A DNA stretch of 63,406 nt, the filler included. It is 7 parts of 7 records of this genome, joined end to end, with 100 filler letters (N's around TTAATTAATTAA, not from the genome) between each part and the next. Parts side by side here need not be neighbours in the genome. Positions count along the whole stretch, not along the records: positions 1 to 7,048 come from SRR31147125_27553; positions 7,149 to 18,360 come from SRR31147125_27574; 5 more parts are not named here. One strand, written 5' to 3'. Under the pieces are notes generated by a model. The model ran no database searches, was not told where the DNA came from, and saw only the letters and a program-made list of their open reading frames with translations. Below, one piece after another: positions 1 through 9,418 of the stretch. Positions within the stretch are counted from its first letter, which is position 1, and every line of letters begins with the position of its first letter. The translations under genes and the position numbers were made by a program.

Positions 1-1
1 A

Positions 2-900
2 AAAAGGCTCGGTGCCCCCTACTTCACCTCCGCCCATTTCACCGCACCTTACGACGCTGAGCAGGTTGCAGCCGTTCTGCAGGAAAAGAAAGATCCGGTC
101 ATAGGCCTGGTGGGAACCTCAACGCTCCCCTTCCCTTTTACGAGTACCTGCAGAAGAACGTACTGGGAGCACGCTTTGTCGACGTAACTGACAAGATCGA
201 CCTGCTCAAGGCGGTCAAAAGCGAGGAGGAGATCGCGCTGATCAAGCGCGTCGCAGTGATGCAGGACGTCGCGTTCGAGCACCTGCTGAAGGTGATCAAA
301 CCAGGGATGAAAGAGTCCGAGGTATATGCAGAAGTCGTTTATTCATGCAACCTGCAGGGGAGCAGCCGGGGGCTGGTCCTAGTCAATTCCGCCCAGCCGG
401 GAACGCCAGCACCTTTCAAACCACTGCACCTGCAGAACAAGGTGATCCAGGAAGGCGACCACATCTCCCTGCTCATCGAGATGAACGGCCCCGGAGGATT
501 TTACACGGAACTCGGCCGAACCATATCCTTCGGCAAAGCCTCGCAGGAACTCCAGGACGCTTTCGGCGTCGCCGTAGAGGCCCAGACTCTGACGCTGAAC
601 AACCTGAAACCGGGAGCGATCCCCGGACAACTCTGGAACGACAACAACGAGTTCCTGACCTCCAGGGGCTACCAGGCAGAGGCCAGGCTCTACGCCCACG
701 GGCAGGGGTACGATCTCGTCGAACGCCCCCTGATCCGGCACGACGACCCGATGGTGATCGTCCCGGACATGGGCATCGTCGTGCACCCGACCGCCGCAAC
801 GGAAACCGTCTGGATCGGAGTGGTGGACAACTACATGGTGACGGAAGACGGGGTCGGCCCGTGCCTGCACCGGACCCCGAAGAAAATCTTTGAGATCTGA
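2..900 (+). CDS. M24 (Xaa-Pro peptidase/creatinase-like) family protein, 5'-truncated, with a -1 frameshift near 131-140
   Basis: Pita-bread-fold motifs (KSEEEI, ELGRT, HGQGYDLVERP, VVHP). The N-terminal part reads in frame 2 (RLGAPYFTSAHF...IGLVG) and switches to frame 1 at TTCCCTTTTA. Confidence 0.75.
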
Positions 901-907
901 TACTGCC

Positions 908-1846
908 ATGAACGTGCTCATTGTCGAAGAATTCGCCCCCTATTACAAGAAACGGATCAAAGAACGATTCCCAGATCTTGAAATCGAAACTGCGGTTGAC
1001 GAGACATCCGCGCTGCAACATATCGGGCAGGCCGAGGTCCTGCTCGCGATAAAGGCCTCAGATGAGCTGATCGGCAAAGCTGAGAACCTGAAATGGATCC
1101 AATCGCTGATCTCCGGGACGGATTTCTTCACGAGTCTTCCATCGCTGGACCAGAATGTCCTCATTACCTCGAGTCGCGGAATTCACGGTCCGCAGATGGC
1201 GGAAACCACCTGTCTGCTGATGCTTGCGCTGAACAGGCACCTGCCTGCCAATTTAAAGAACCAGGAAAAGAAAGTGTGGCAGCGCTGGCCGACTAAACTG
1301 CTCTACGGCAAAGCGGTGGGCATCCTCGGAGTGGGCACCATCGGCACGCAGTTGGCCTGCGTGTGCAAAGCATTCGGGATGGAGGTGCACGGCCTGACGA
1401 CGACGGGACGGGAAATCGACGGGGTCGACCACCCGTATGGATCGGATGGACTAAGTGAGTTGATCCCCCGGGTCGATTACCTGGTCAATATCCTCCCTGC
1501 TTTCCCCAGCACCATCGGGTTGATCGGAGCGGAGCAGTTCGCGGTGATGAAGCCGAGCGCATTTTATATCAGCGTTGGACGCGGTGACACCGTTAATGAA
1601 GATGCGCTGATCGATGCGCTACAAAACAAAACCATTGCCGGAGCCGGACTCGATGTATTTGCCGAAGAGCCGCTGCCCGCACACAGTCCACTCTGGAATA
1701 TGGACAACGTCATCGTAACGCCACACATCGGCGGAATGAGTGACATCTACCCGGACCAGGTGCTGCCCAACATCCTGGAGAATATCGCACGCTACCTGGT
1801 CGGAGAAAGAAGAGATTTGATCAACGTAATCAACTGGAAGAAGTGA
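908..1846 (+). CDS. D-2-hydroxyacid dehydrogenase (NAD-binding)
   Basis: GILGVGTIG Rossmann motif, SVGRG, AGLDVFAEEPLP, TPHIGG; ATG at 908. Confidence 0.9.
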   Translation: MNVLIVEEFAPYYKKRIKERFPDLEIETAVDETSALQHIGQAEVLLAIKASDELIGKAENLKWIQSLISGTDFFTSLPSLDQNVLITSSRGIHGPQMAETTCLLMLALNRHLPANLKNQEKKVWQRWPTKLLYGKAVGILGVGTIGTQLACVCKAFGMEVHGLTTTGREIDGVDHPYGSDGLSELIPRVDYLVNILPAFPSTIGLIGAEQFAVMKPSAFYISVGRGDTVNEDALIDALQNKTIAGAGLDVFAEEPLPAHSPLWNMDNVIVTPHIGGMSDIYPDQVLPNILENIARYLVGERRDLINVINWKK

Positions 1847-1910
1847 TCCGGATACACTGAAGTTTGTAGACCTGTCATGTTGTCGCGGCAGGTTGTCCAT
1901 CAGGGCTGGT

Positions 1911-2345
1911 AGCTACGACACCTCCATCATACCTGAATTCGACATCATGTGCCTGTCGACCAAGACGCCCTAGCAGGAGAAAGAAGACGGCGTCCTCGAT
2001 TATCTCGAAGAAATCCACAACAAGAAAGCGAACGCGCACGTACTCGGCCGGGTCGGCAGCGGCAGCTATTTCCACGTCTTCCTGATCAAGGCATCCAAGT
2101 ACATGGTCTACCCCGGCTTCTACACGCCGTCCACCTACATCCTGATCACCCTGGAGATGGGTCAAATCACCCCGCCGTTCGGCATGCTCCTCTTCGTGAT
2201 GAAGGGCGTGGTACCGGATGACATCGAATTCAAGGACATCTGCTGGGCAGCCGTCCCGTACATCGTATTCGACATCATCCTCATCGCCGCCATCCTCATC
2301 TGGCCGAGCATCGCGCTGTGGCTCCCCGCCACGGTGGGCAACTGA
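1911..2345 (+). pseudogene. Collapsed TRAP operon remnant: DctP fragments in frame with a DctM C-terminus
   Basis: Frame 3 reads IIPEFDIMCLSTKTP*QEKEDGVLDYLEEIHNKKANAHVLGR (DctP-like, TAG at 1971), then EMGQITPPFGMLLFVMKG...WPSIALWLP (DctM C-terminus). Confidence 0.7.
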
Positions 2346-2417
2346 GAGAACGGAGTTTCCGGCCCCCGCACCATGCAGGAGTGATGCTGCGGGAATGCCG
2401 GATATCGAACACAACTG

Positions 2418-3017
2418 CTACTGCATTGCTTTCAGCCCAGCAAAGTCGATCGATTCGGCGAACCCGAGCAATTCCTCCTCGTCGATTCCGTTGCCGTCGA
2501 TCGTGATGATGAACTTTTTGGCTACGTTCACCATGATCTCGCCAGAACGATTCTGCGCGTTGTACTTCACGATGGATTTGTTGCGCTTGATCTTCTTGAG
2601 TTTGCCCCCGTCAGCACCGGCGATGGCCGGGTTGAACATGTTGATGAGTCCCATGAACATCGGTGACTCACCCATGATGGTCATCGACACACGGCCTCCC
2701 TTGGACTGGTCCGCGCGGGTGTAAACCCGCTCAATCGTCGACGCGCCACCGAGCATCCCCATGCTCTGGGAGACTGCTTCGCCGGCCTGCCATCCGTCGG
2801 GAGGTTCCGGCAGGAACGCGGCCATGTTTTCACTGCTCATCTGGAGGATGAGCTGCTTCGCGTAATCGATCGCCTCCAGCGCTTCCGAATAAGCCTTGTC
2901 ATTGTAAGCATCTTCAGCTTCCTTGAGTGACTCCAGGATCTCATCCGCGATAGCCGGCGCAGCCCAGAAACTCATCACCAGCAGTACCGCCACAAACCGT
3001 GTAATTGATACCCTCAT
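2418..3017 (-). CDS. Secreted hypothetical protein
   Basis: GGGGGAG RBS before ATG 3017; signal peptide ending A-I-A; helical N-terminus. Confidence 0.7.
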   Translation of the reverse strand: MRVSITRFVAVLLVMSFWAAPAIADEILESLKEAEDAYNDKAYSEALEAIDYAKQLILQMSSENMAAFLPEPPDGWQAGEAVSQSMGMLGGASTIERVYTRADQSKGGRVSMTIMGESPMFMGLINMFNPAIAGADGGKLKKIKRNKSIVKYNAQNRSGEIMVNVAKKFIITIDGNGIDEEELLGFAESIDFAGLKAMQ

Positions 3018-3338
3018 TATTCTCCCCCTGAATAATTGTTTCCCCACCATTTTCGTGAGTAACGTAAAGAACTCTCCCCGGATACCTGTCAGTTTTGGTA
3101 TCCGGGGGACAGCCTAAAAACTACATCCAGAAGTAAGACATTTCAAGGTATAATAATTGAGACACATCGACGCGCATGCTCCGCAACGCTCATCCCGGGC
3201 TTATCATTCGTACCGTTTCATAAAATTCCTGCTGCTTAGTAAATTTACTATGTATATTAAGCGCTTCCTGGTATATCCCTGTGAGATTCATTATATGACA
3301 GGTAAGCTGAAAACCGGACATGCAGCAAAGGAGGAGGA

Positions 3339-5240
3339 ATGGGCGCGGGGCGACAGGGTACACGAATAAGAGCATGCGGAACGAGGCTTGTCCTGCTGTT
3401 GTGCGTCACCTTGTTGTTCAGTACGCCGGCACTATCGTCCAGCAGGGTAGCGCTGGTCATTGGCAACGGTGCATATAGGAGCAGCCCGCTCAACAACCCG
3501 GTCAACGACGCCACTGATATTACAAGAATCCTCGAAAGACTCGGTTTCGACGTCATCATCAGAAAGGATGCGACCAGGCGAGACATGCTGCAGGGACTCT
3601 ACTCTTTCGCCGACAAACTGAAACGGGCCGACATCGGCCTGTTCTTCTATGCCGGACACGGTGTACAGATCGACGGCATCAACTATCTTCTGCCGATCGG
3701 GGCAGACATCAGGAGTGCAATCGACGTTGAGGACGAGGGGTTAAGCGCCAACCGCATACTCGGCAAGATGGAGGAAGCCGGTAATCGCCTCAATATCGTA
3801 ATCCTCGACGCCTGCCGTGACAACCCGTTCCCTTCATCCGTTCGCTCGTCCGGGCAGGGGCTTGCCCGCATGGAGGCGCCGGTCGGGTCCCTCATCGCCT
3901 ACGCGACCTCCCCCGGCTCGGTGGCGATGGACGGCAGCGGACGTAACGGCATCTTCACCAAACACCTGCTCACGGTCCTGCCGAGAACCGATCTCACGAT
4001 TCGCGACATGTTCGATGTCGCCGGGCTGGCAGTGATGCGTGAAACGGGCAGGAAGCAAGTTCCGTGGCTGCACTCTTCGCCCATGGAGCGCGTGTATCTC
4101 GCCGGGGGCAACCCCGACGCCGTAATCAGCGATGCGGGCAGCGGTTATCAGACTGGACCTGAAACGACCACGTCCCTGAGCACCGGCAGCCCGAGTGTTG
4201 ATACTGCCGCATCGCCGCCGCTGCTGCGGCCGCACTCAAAAGTGTCTCTCAAGACTGCACAGAACAACTCTCACTCTTTGGAATCGATCAATTCCCGTTT
4301 TCCCGACGTATCGAACCTGAGGTGGAAAGCGGTATCTGTTTTTACAAAAGGCCTTTCGACCTTCCACAACGATTCACTCTCACTCCTCAAGGATGTCTCT
4401 GACATGACGGGGGGGAGGATGAAAATTAAACTGTATACCGCCGGGGAACTCGTTCCTTCCATGCAGGTATTCGATGCTGTTGCAAAGGGTACGGCACAGG
4501 TCGGGATAGCGGACCCGAAATACTGGAAAGGAAAAGACGAGGCGTTCGTACTGATCAGTTCGGTGAGCGCCTGCCTCGCGAAACCCCTGGAAGAACAGTA
4601 CCGGTGGCTGATCAGGGGAGAAGGAAGACAGACGATAGACCGCCTGTTCGACAAGTTCGGCATTGTTGCGTTTCCATTCACGCTCTATGGTCCGGAAGGT
4701 CTCTGGTCCACGAAACGGCTTGACTCCGTTCAGGACCTCAAAAAGCTGAAGATTCGAATGGTGAGCCATCAGATGGACATTTTCAACGACCTCGGCAGCA
4801 CTGCGGTTCCATTACCGGGGGGAGAACTGTACCTGGCGCTGGAGCGGGGAGTAATTGCCGCGACAGAGTTTTCGATACCGTCGATTGACGAACGATTCGG
4901 ACTGGACAAAGTAGCGGACTACTATTACTACCCTTCGATCCACCAGGCGTTTATGCCACTCTACCTGATGATCAACAAAAACGCGTGGAACAACCTTTCC
5001 ACAGAGCAACAGGAAGCAATTCGCATTGCCTGCCATAACAGCGTGGTCAAAAGCCTGGAGGAAGGCCCCGCCAGGATACAGAAAGCCCTGGACAGGCTGG
5101 AAAGCAGGGGTGTCGAGATCGGCAGCCTTCCCCGGGATATCGGGGAGGCGCACTGCGATCAAAGCCAGCGCTACTATGAGCAAATATCACGGAAATATCC
5201 TTCTTTCGATACAATGTACAGGGCTTACACCGAACAATAA
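3339..5240 (+). CDS. Exported caspase-family (peptidase C14) protein fused to a TRAP DctP-type solute-binding domain
   Basis: GGAGGAGG RBS and signal peptide; RVALVIGNGAY, FFYAGHG and ILDACRDNP dyad motifs; S/T/P-rich linker; C-terminal KYWKGK, KIRM, LPGGELYLALERGVI. Confidence 0.85.
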   Translation: MGAGRQGTRIRACGTRLVLLLCVTLLFSTPALSSSRVALVIGNGAYRSSPLNNPVNDATDITRILERLGFDVIIRKDATRRDMLQGLYSFADKLKRADIGLFFYAGHGVQIDGINYLLPIGADIRSAIDVEDEGLSANRILGKMEEAGNRLNIVILDACRDNPFPSSVRSSGQGLARMEAPVGSLIAYATSPGSVAMDGSGRNGIFTKHLLTVLPRTDLTIRDMFDVAGLAVMRETGRKQVPWLHSSPMERVYLAGGNPDAVISDAGSGYQTGPETTTSLSTGSPSVDTAASPPLLRPHSKVSLKTAQNNSHSLESINSRFPDVSNLRWKAVSVFTKGLSTFHNDSLSLLKDVSDMTGGRMKIKLYTAGELVPSMQVFDAVAKGTAQVGIADPKYWKGKDEAFVLISSVSACLAKPLEEQYRWLIRGEGRQTIDRLFDKFGIVAFPFTLYGPEGLWSTKRLDSVQDLKKLKIRMVSHQMDIFNDLGSTAVPLPGGELYLALERGVIAATEFSIPSIDERFGLDKVADYYYYPSIHQAFMPLYLMINKNAWNNLSTEQQEAIRIACHNSVVKSLEEGPARIQKALDRLESRGVEIGSLPRDIGEAHCDQSQRYYEQISRKYPSFDTMYRAYTEQ

Positions 5241-5269
5241 CGGCTCTTCTCATACCGAGGCCTCTGGCT

Positions 5270-6838
5270 CTACTTACCTGTCGAGAGCGTGCCTGTTGCC
5301 GCCCGTACCCCTGAATTTCCGGGCTGTATACGCATCCTTCTATCTGCAAAGAACGGTGCCAGTTTGTCCTGCTCCGAAGGCCTGGTGAGCAACGAAACGG
5401 CGACAAACACCGTACCTGAGAACAGCATCGAGACAATCACCCCGTGCCCCATGAGGACCGGGTGTAGACTCTCCAGGTAGGGAGAGGCCAGAGGCGCCGT
5501 TTTTACCAGATCAAGTATCACGAACCCTGTCTGGACAAAGAATCCCGTCCACAACGATGCCACCGCACCGGGCCCCGTTGCCCGTTTCCAGTAGAGCCCG
5601 CCCATAAGCACAAAAAAATAGGATGCCGAGGCGATGTAGGTCGCGATGTGGATCGCATCGATAATGGACGTGATGAAGAACGACCCCGCCGTCGCACAGG
5701 AAATGATCAGCAGGACGCTTAACCGGCTGATCACGCGCATCTGCTGCTCGCTCGCGTCCCTGTTGACGGAGCGCTGGTAGATATCCCGCGCAATACAGGA
5801 TGCACCGGATGCGGCAAACGTATCGGCGCAGGACATCGCCGCAGCCGCCAGGCACACGGCACAGAGAGCCAGACTGAAATCCGAGACCCCGTTGCTCATG
5901 ATGAAGTTCAGAAGCGCCGGTTCCGCCTGAGCCATGCCCATCGGGAACCCGGCCTTCGCAATCTCCGGATAGATGGTGTTGAGCCCCAATGCAATGAGCG
6001 CGCAACCGCCGAAGACAATGGTTACGAGCAGAGAACCGAGCTGCATTCCATGGCGTGCGGCGGTCTCGTCCCGTGCCGCCCAAACCCGCTGCCACGGATC
6101 CTGTTCGGTGACCCAGCCCGGCACGATAGCGAGAACGAAGATGAGTATCATCGGTAGGCCGATGGACGCAGGATTCCACCACCCCTCCGGCGCAGCCGTC
6201 ACGATCTGCCCCCACGAGACATCTGTTGCCGCCGTCGCCCCGCTCATCACCACAACTGCCATAACCAGGATGAATATCGACAGAAAAACGAACTGGATCA
6301 CGTCTGATGCGATAACTGCAGAGAGACCTCCCAGGGTCACGTATACAGCCACAGCGAGACCAACGATCAGCGCGGCATAGGTGGGGCTGATCCCGTAAAA
6401 CACCTGCAGGACCATCGCAAACCCTTTGATATCGGCGACGGCGAACAGGATCATCACCACGGTGATAATGATCGCCACCGGCAGCCGCAGATGTCTGCCA
6501 TACCTGATCTCCAGCAGCTCGGGCTGGGTAATCGCGGGCAGTGACTTGATCTTGCTGACCAGAAAGGAAATGACGAGAAGCGCGATGATATTGGGTGCGA
6601 CAAAGCCCCAGACCGACCCCATCCCCAGCAGCATATAGAAGCCGATGACCGCCAGCAGTCCCCCTGCCGTCAGCCAGGACGCAGCAGCAGAGAAGCCGAT
6701 GGAAAGCGCGCCAGCGGATCTCCCCGCCAGCCAGAAGTCAACCTGGGAGTGCTGTTTTCGGTTGAAATAGATCCCGGTCAGAACCAGAAATAAAAGGTAG
6801 AAAAAGAGAACAACAAGAAACAGATGATAACCCGTCAC
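5270..6838 (-). CDS. Sodium:solute symporter (SSS) family transporter
   Basis: About 13 hydrophobic segments; DFWLAGRS, YVTLGGLSAVIASD, QRVWAARD, AAAMSCAD motifs; GGAGGT RBS before GTG. Confidence 0.9.
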   Translation of the reverse strand: MTGYHLFLVVLFFYLLFLVLTGIYFNRKQHSQVDFWLAGRSAGALSIGFSAAASWLTAGGLLAVIGFYMLLGMGSVWGFVAPNIIALLVISFLVSKIKSLPAITQPELLEIRYGRHLRLPVAIIITVVMILFAVADIKGFAMVLQVFYGISPTYAALIVGLAVAVYVTLGGLSAVIASDVIQFVFLSIFILVMAVVVMSGATAATDVSWGQIVTAAPEGWWNPASIGLPMILIFVLAIVPGWVTEQDPWQRVWAARDETAARHGMQLGSLLVTIVFGGCALIALGLNTIYPEIAKAGFPMGMAQAEPALLNFIMSNGVSDFSLALCAVCLAAAAMSCADTFAASGASCIARDIYQRSVNRDASEQQMRVISRLSVLLIISCATAGSFFITSIIDAIHIATYIASASYFFVLMGGLYWKRATGPGAVASLWTGFFVQTGFVILDLVKTAPLASPYLESLHPVLMGHGVIVSMLFSGTVFVAVSLLTRPSEQDKLAPFFADRRMRIQPGNSGVRAATGTLSTGK

Positions 6839-6924
6839 GACAGATACCTCCCGGTCGGCACAGACCGCGAGCCGACAAAAAATCAGCCCGGGGATTTACC
6901 GTCTCTCCGGAAAACACCTATCTC

Positions 6925-7048
6925 TCCCCAAGATATTCTGGCTCGTGGATCGTCCTACTCACCGCGCCTTCCCATACCGTTTCGAAGAAAGCTTACGGTA
7001 CAGTGACACCTTGCGGTTTTCGTCCCCACATACAGCGGCGGGTCCGCC
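6925..7048 (-). ncRNA. Cobalamin (B12) riboswitch, 5' part cut off by the contig end
   Basis: Minus strand reads GCGGACCCGCCGCTGTA...GGGGACGA...GTCACTGT...ATGGGAAGGCGCGG...GAGCCAGAATAT, matching the conserved CCCGCxxCTGT, CACTG, GGGAAGG and B12-box elements. It lies about 90 nt upstream of the SSS start. Confidence 0.85.
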
Positions 7049-7148
7049 NNNNNNNNNNNNNNNNNNNNNNNNNNNNNNNNNNNNNNNNNNNNTTAATTAA
7101 TTAANNNNNNNNNNNNNNNNNNNNNNNNNNNNNNNNNNNNNNNNNNNN
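7049..7148. other. Artificial contig linker
   Basis: N-run with central TTAATTAATTAA (stop codons in all six frames). Confidence 0.99.
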
Positions 7149-7553
7149 CCCCCCATCTTCTAAAGCGGCCGGGTACGGATGCTCAGGCGCCAGGCGATAC
7201 TCCACTGCGACCACGATGCGCCCAGAGGCCCGAGCTACTTTCCGGCAGATCGAATCGTAGACGTCGACGCTGCCAACCATGTGCCCTCCACCGTGGAAAA
7301 ACAGGGCGAGCGGGATCGCGCTCCCTTTTTCGGGGTGATATATCCGCACCGGGACCTGGCGACGGCCACCGCTTACCGTCTCGTCAACCACCAGTGAAAT
7401 ATCAGGGAAATCAGTCGTATAGGTCCGAGTCAATGCCGCCAGCCCTTCCCGGGCGATTTCCGGTGTCAGCCTGTTTCCTTCTTCCTGCCACTCCGTGAGA
7501 ATGCGATTGTATTGCTGCAGCCACTCCTGCAGCATAGTTGCTGATCGGTCCAT
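7149..7553 (-). CDS. Alpha/beta hydrolase (HSL-like esterase), 3'-truncated
   Basis: VPVRIYHP, FFHGGG and VEYRLAPEHPYPAALED motifs. Confidence 0.85.
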
Positions 7554-7811
7554 GGTTTACCTGTCTGCCTGTGAGCAGGATGGGTATTTGAAATTTAATG
7601 TGATCCTTACCGTGCCCCATTATCACGACGCTATCATTTCCGGGTAACTGAGGGTCTATTCTTCCGAAATATCGGAGTTATTCACCACGGTTGAACAACA
7701 GCAGGATCAGCCTCCCGTGAGCCTCCTTTCACTGGCTTGCGGGAGATGCGATGCAACAGTATACCGGTTATTTATCAGGTTTGTATTAAAACTCAATACG
7801 GAGAACAAGTC

Positions 7812-9101
7812 ATGGAACGAGTGGTAATCGTCAGCGGAGCACGCACTGCAGTCGGTAATTTCGGCGGTTCATTGAAGAACTTCCCGGCAATCGAGATCGG
7901 CTCGCTGGTCATCAAGGATGTGTTGAAAAGGGTGAACGGTCGCCCGGTCGTCACCGAAGCCATGGAGTCGGCCAGACCCGACAAACTGCGTGAGCAGGGA
8001 AAGATCGCCCTTGAACAGCAGGGGGACGACTGGGACCAGGAGGCGCTCCCTATCGCCGTAGATGAAGTCATCATGGGCAACGTGCTGCAGGCGGGACAGG
8101 GACAGAATCCGGCGCGCCAGGCCATGATCCGAGCCGGCCTCTGCAAAGAGACTCCGGCCTGCACCATCAACAAGGTGTGCGGCTCCGGGCTCAAGGCCAT
8201 CACTATGGCGGCATCGTCGATCATGGCCGGTGAGGCGGATGTCATTATCGCTGGCGGGATGGAGAACATGTCGATGGCCCCGCTGGCCCTGCCAAAAGCA
8301 AGGTGGGGATACCGGATGGAGGTCTCCGGCCAGGGCGACGTTACCGACCTGATGGTGTTCGACGGACTCTATGAAATATTCTACGGGTATCACATGGGCA
8401 TAACAGCCGAGAACATCGTGAAGAAATACAACATCAGCCGCGACGATCAGGATGCACTCAGCCTGATGAGCCACCAGCGCGCGATGCAGGCAATCTCCGG
8501 CGGGATGTTCAAGAAAGAGATCGTACCGGTGACCCTGAAAACACGGAAAGAAGAGCTGGTTTTCGATACCGATGAACGCCCGATGGAGAGCAGCATGGAG
8601 AAACTGGGGCGGCTGCGCCCGGTATTCGAGGCCGACGGATCGGTGACCGCCGGCAACGCGTCGGGTATCAACGACGCCGCGGCGGCGGTGCTGATGATGT
8701 CGGCATCCAGGGCAGAGCAGCTTGGTCTCACCCCGATCCTCGAAATCAAGGGATTCGCGTCCGCGGGACTTGACCCCGCCTACATGGGCCTCGGCCCGGT
8801 CCCAGCAATTCGGACCGCACTCGCCCGGGTCGGAATGGATATACACGACTTCGACATGATCGAGTTGAATGAGGCGTTTGCGGCCCAGGCGATCGGCTGT
8901 ATGCTCGAACTCGACATCCCTGTCGAAAAGCCGAACCAGGCAGGAAGCGGTATCTCAATCGGTCACCCGATCGGCTGCACCGGCGCCCGTCAGGTGGTCA
9001 CTGGGATGCACCTCATGCAGCGCGAAAACCTGTCCAGCGGCCTGTTCAGCATGTGCATCGGTGGTGGAATGGGAATGGCGATGGTCGCGGAATTGGTCTG
9101 A
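7812..9101 (+). CDS. Acetyl-CoA C-acetyltransferase (thiolase)
   Basis: NKVCGSG, NEAFA, GHPIGCTG and MCIGGGMG motifs; ATG at 7812. Confidence 0.95.
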   Translation: MERVVIVSGARTAVGNFGGSLKNFPAIEIGSLVIKDVLKRVNGRPVVTEAMESARPDKLREQGKIALEQQGDDWDQEALPIAVDEVIMGNVLQAGQGQNPARQAMIRAGLCKETPACTINKVCGSGLKAITMAASSIMAGEADVIIAGGMENMSMAPLALPKARWGYRMEVSGQGDVTDLMVFDGLYEIFYGYHMGITAENIVKKYNISRDDQDALSLMSHQRAMQAISGGMFKKEIVPVTLKTRKEELVFDTDERPMESSMEKLGRLRPVFEADGSVTAGNASGINDAAAAVLMMSASRAEQLGLTPILEIKGFASAGLDPAYMGLGPVPAIRTALARVGMDIHDFDMIELNEAFAAQAIGCMLELDIPVEKPNQAGSGISIGHPIGCTGARQVVTGMHLMQRENLSSGLFSMCIGGGMGMAMVAELV

Positions 9102-9135
9102 TGTTACGAGTTGTCTACCCCCTTCTTTATACAGG

Positions 9136-9172
9136 AAAACGGCCGGCATGTGTATGCCGGCCGTTTTTTTTC
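9136..9172 (+). terminator. Bidirectional intrinsic terminator
   Basis: AAAACGGCCGGCAT-GTGT-ATGCCGGCCGTTTTTTTT between convergent genes. Confidence 0.85.
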
Positions 9173-9202
9173 TGCGATCCCGGCCTTGCGACCGCTGTAT
9201 CA

Positions 9203-9409
9203 CTACTCTTCCTCTTCTTCCTCCGAAACGTCGTCTCCCTTCTTCTCAGCCCGATAGATGGTAAAAACGCCATCATCGCCGGAAATCAGGCCGGGACCGG
9301 GCTGTATCTCTCCGGGCACGGGAACATCGGCGTAGTCGGTGCCTCCGCAGCCAGCGAGCAGGATCAGGACCAGGAACAGCAGTATCGTGTACGCGCCTCT
9401 CATTCGCAT
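9203..9409 (-). CDS. Small lipoprotein
   Basis: Lipobox LLAGC after a hydrophobic stretch; acidic tail; begins 9 nt downstream of the porin. Confidence 0.7.
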   Translation of the reverse strand: MRMRGAYTILLFLVLILLAGCGGTDYADVPVPGEIQPGPGLISGDDGVFTIYRAEKKGDDVSEEEEEE

Positions 9410-9418
9410 GGGCTCGCT

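Noticed and set aside
1971-1973. In-frame TAG as pyrrolysine or read-through
   Set aside because: It lies in a multiply deleted remnant with no start or signal peptide, and no pyl genes are visible; an ordinary nonsense mutation suffices.
3076-3107. Riboswitch upstream of the secreted protein
   Set aside because: Only one hairpin; no aptamer consensus that I recognise.
3339-5240. Caspase as part of a CRISPR type III, gasdermin or other antiphage defence system
   Set aside because: It has a signal peptide, and no cas, gasdermin, TPR or NTPase neighbours are present.
7049-7148. Recurring TTAATTAATTAA motif as a biological repeat
   Set aside because: It is always centred in identical N-runs; it is an assembly spacer.
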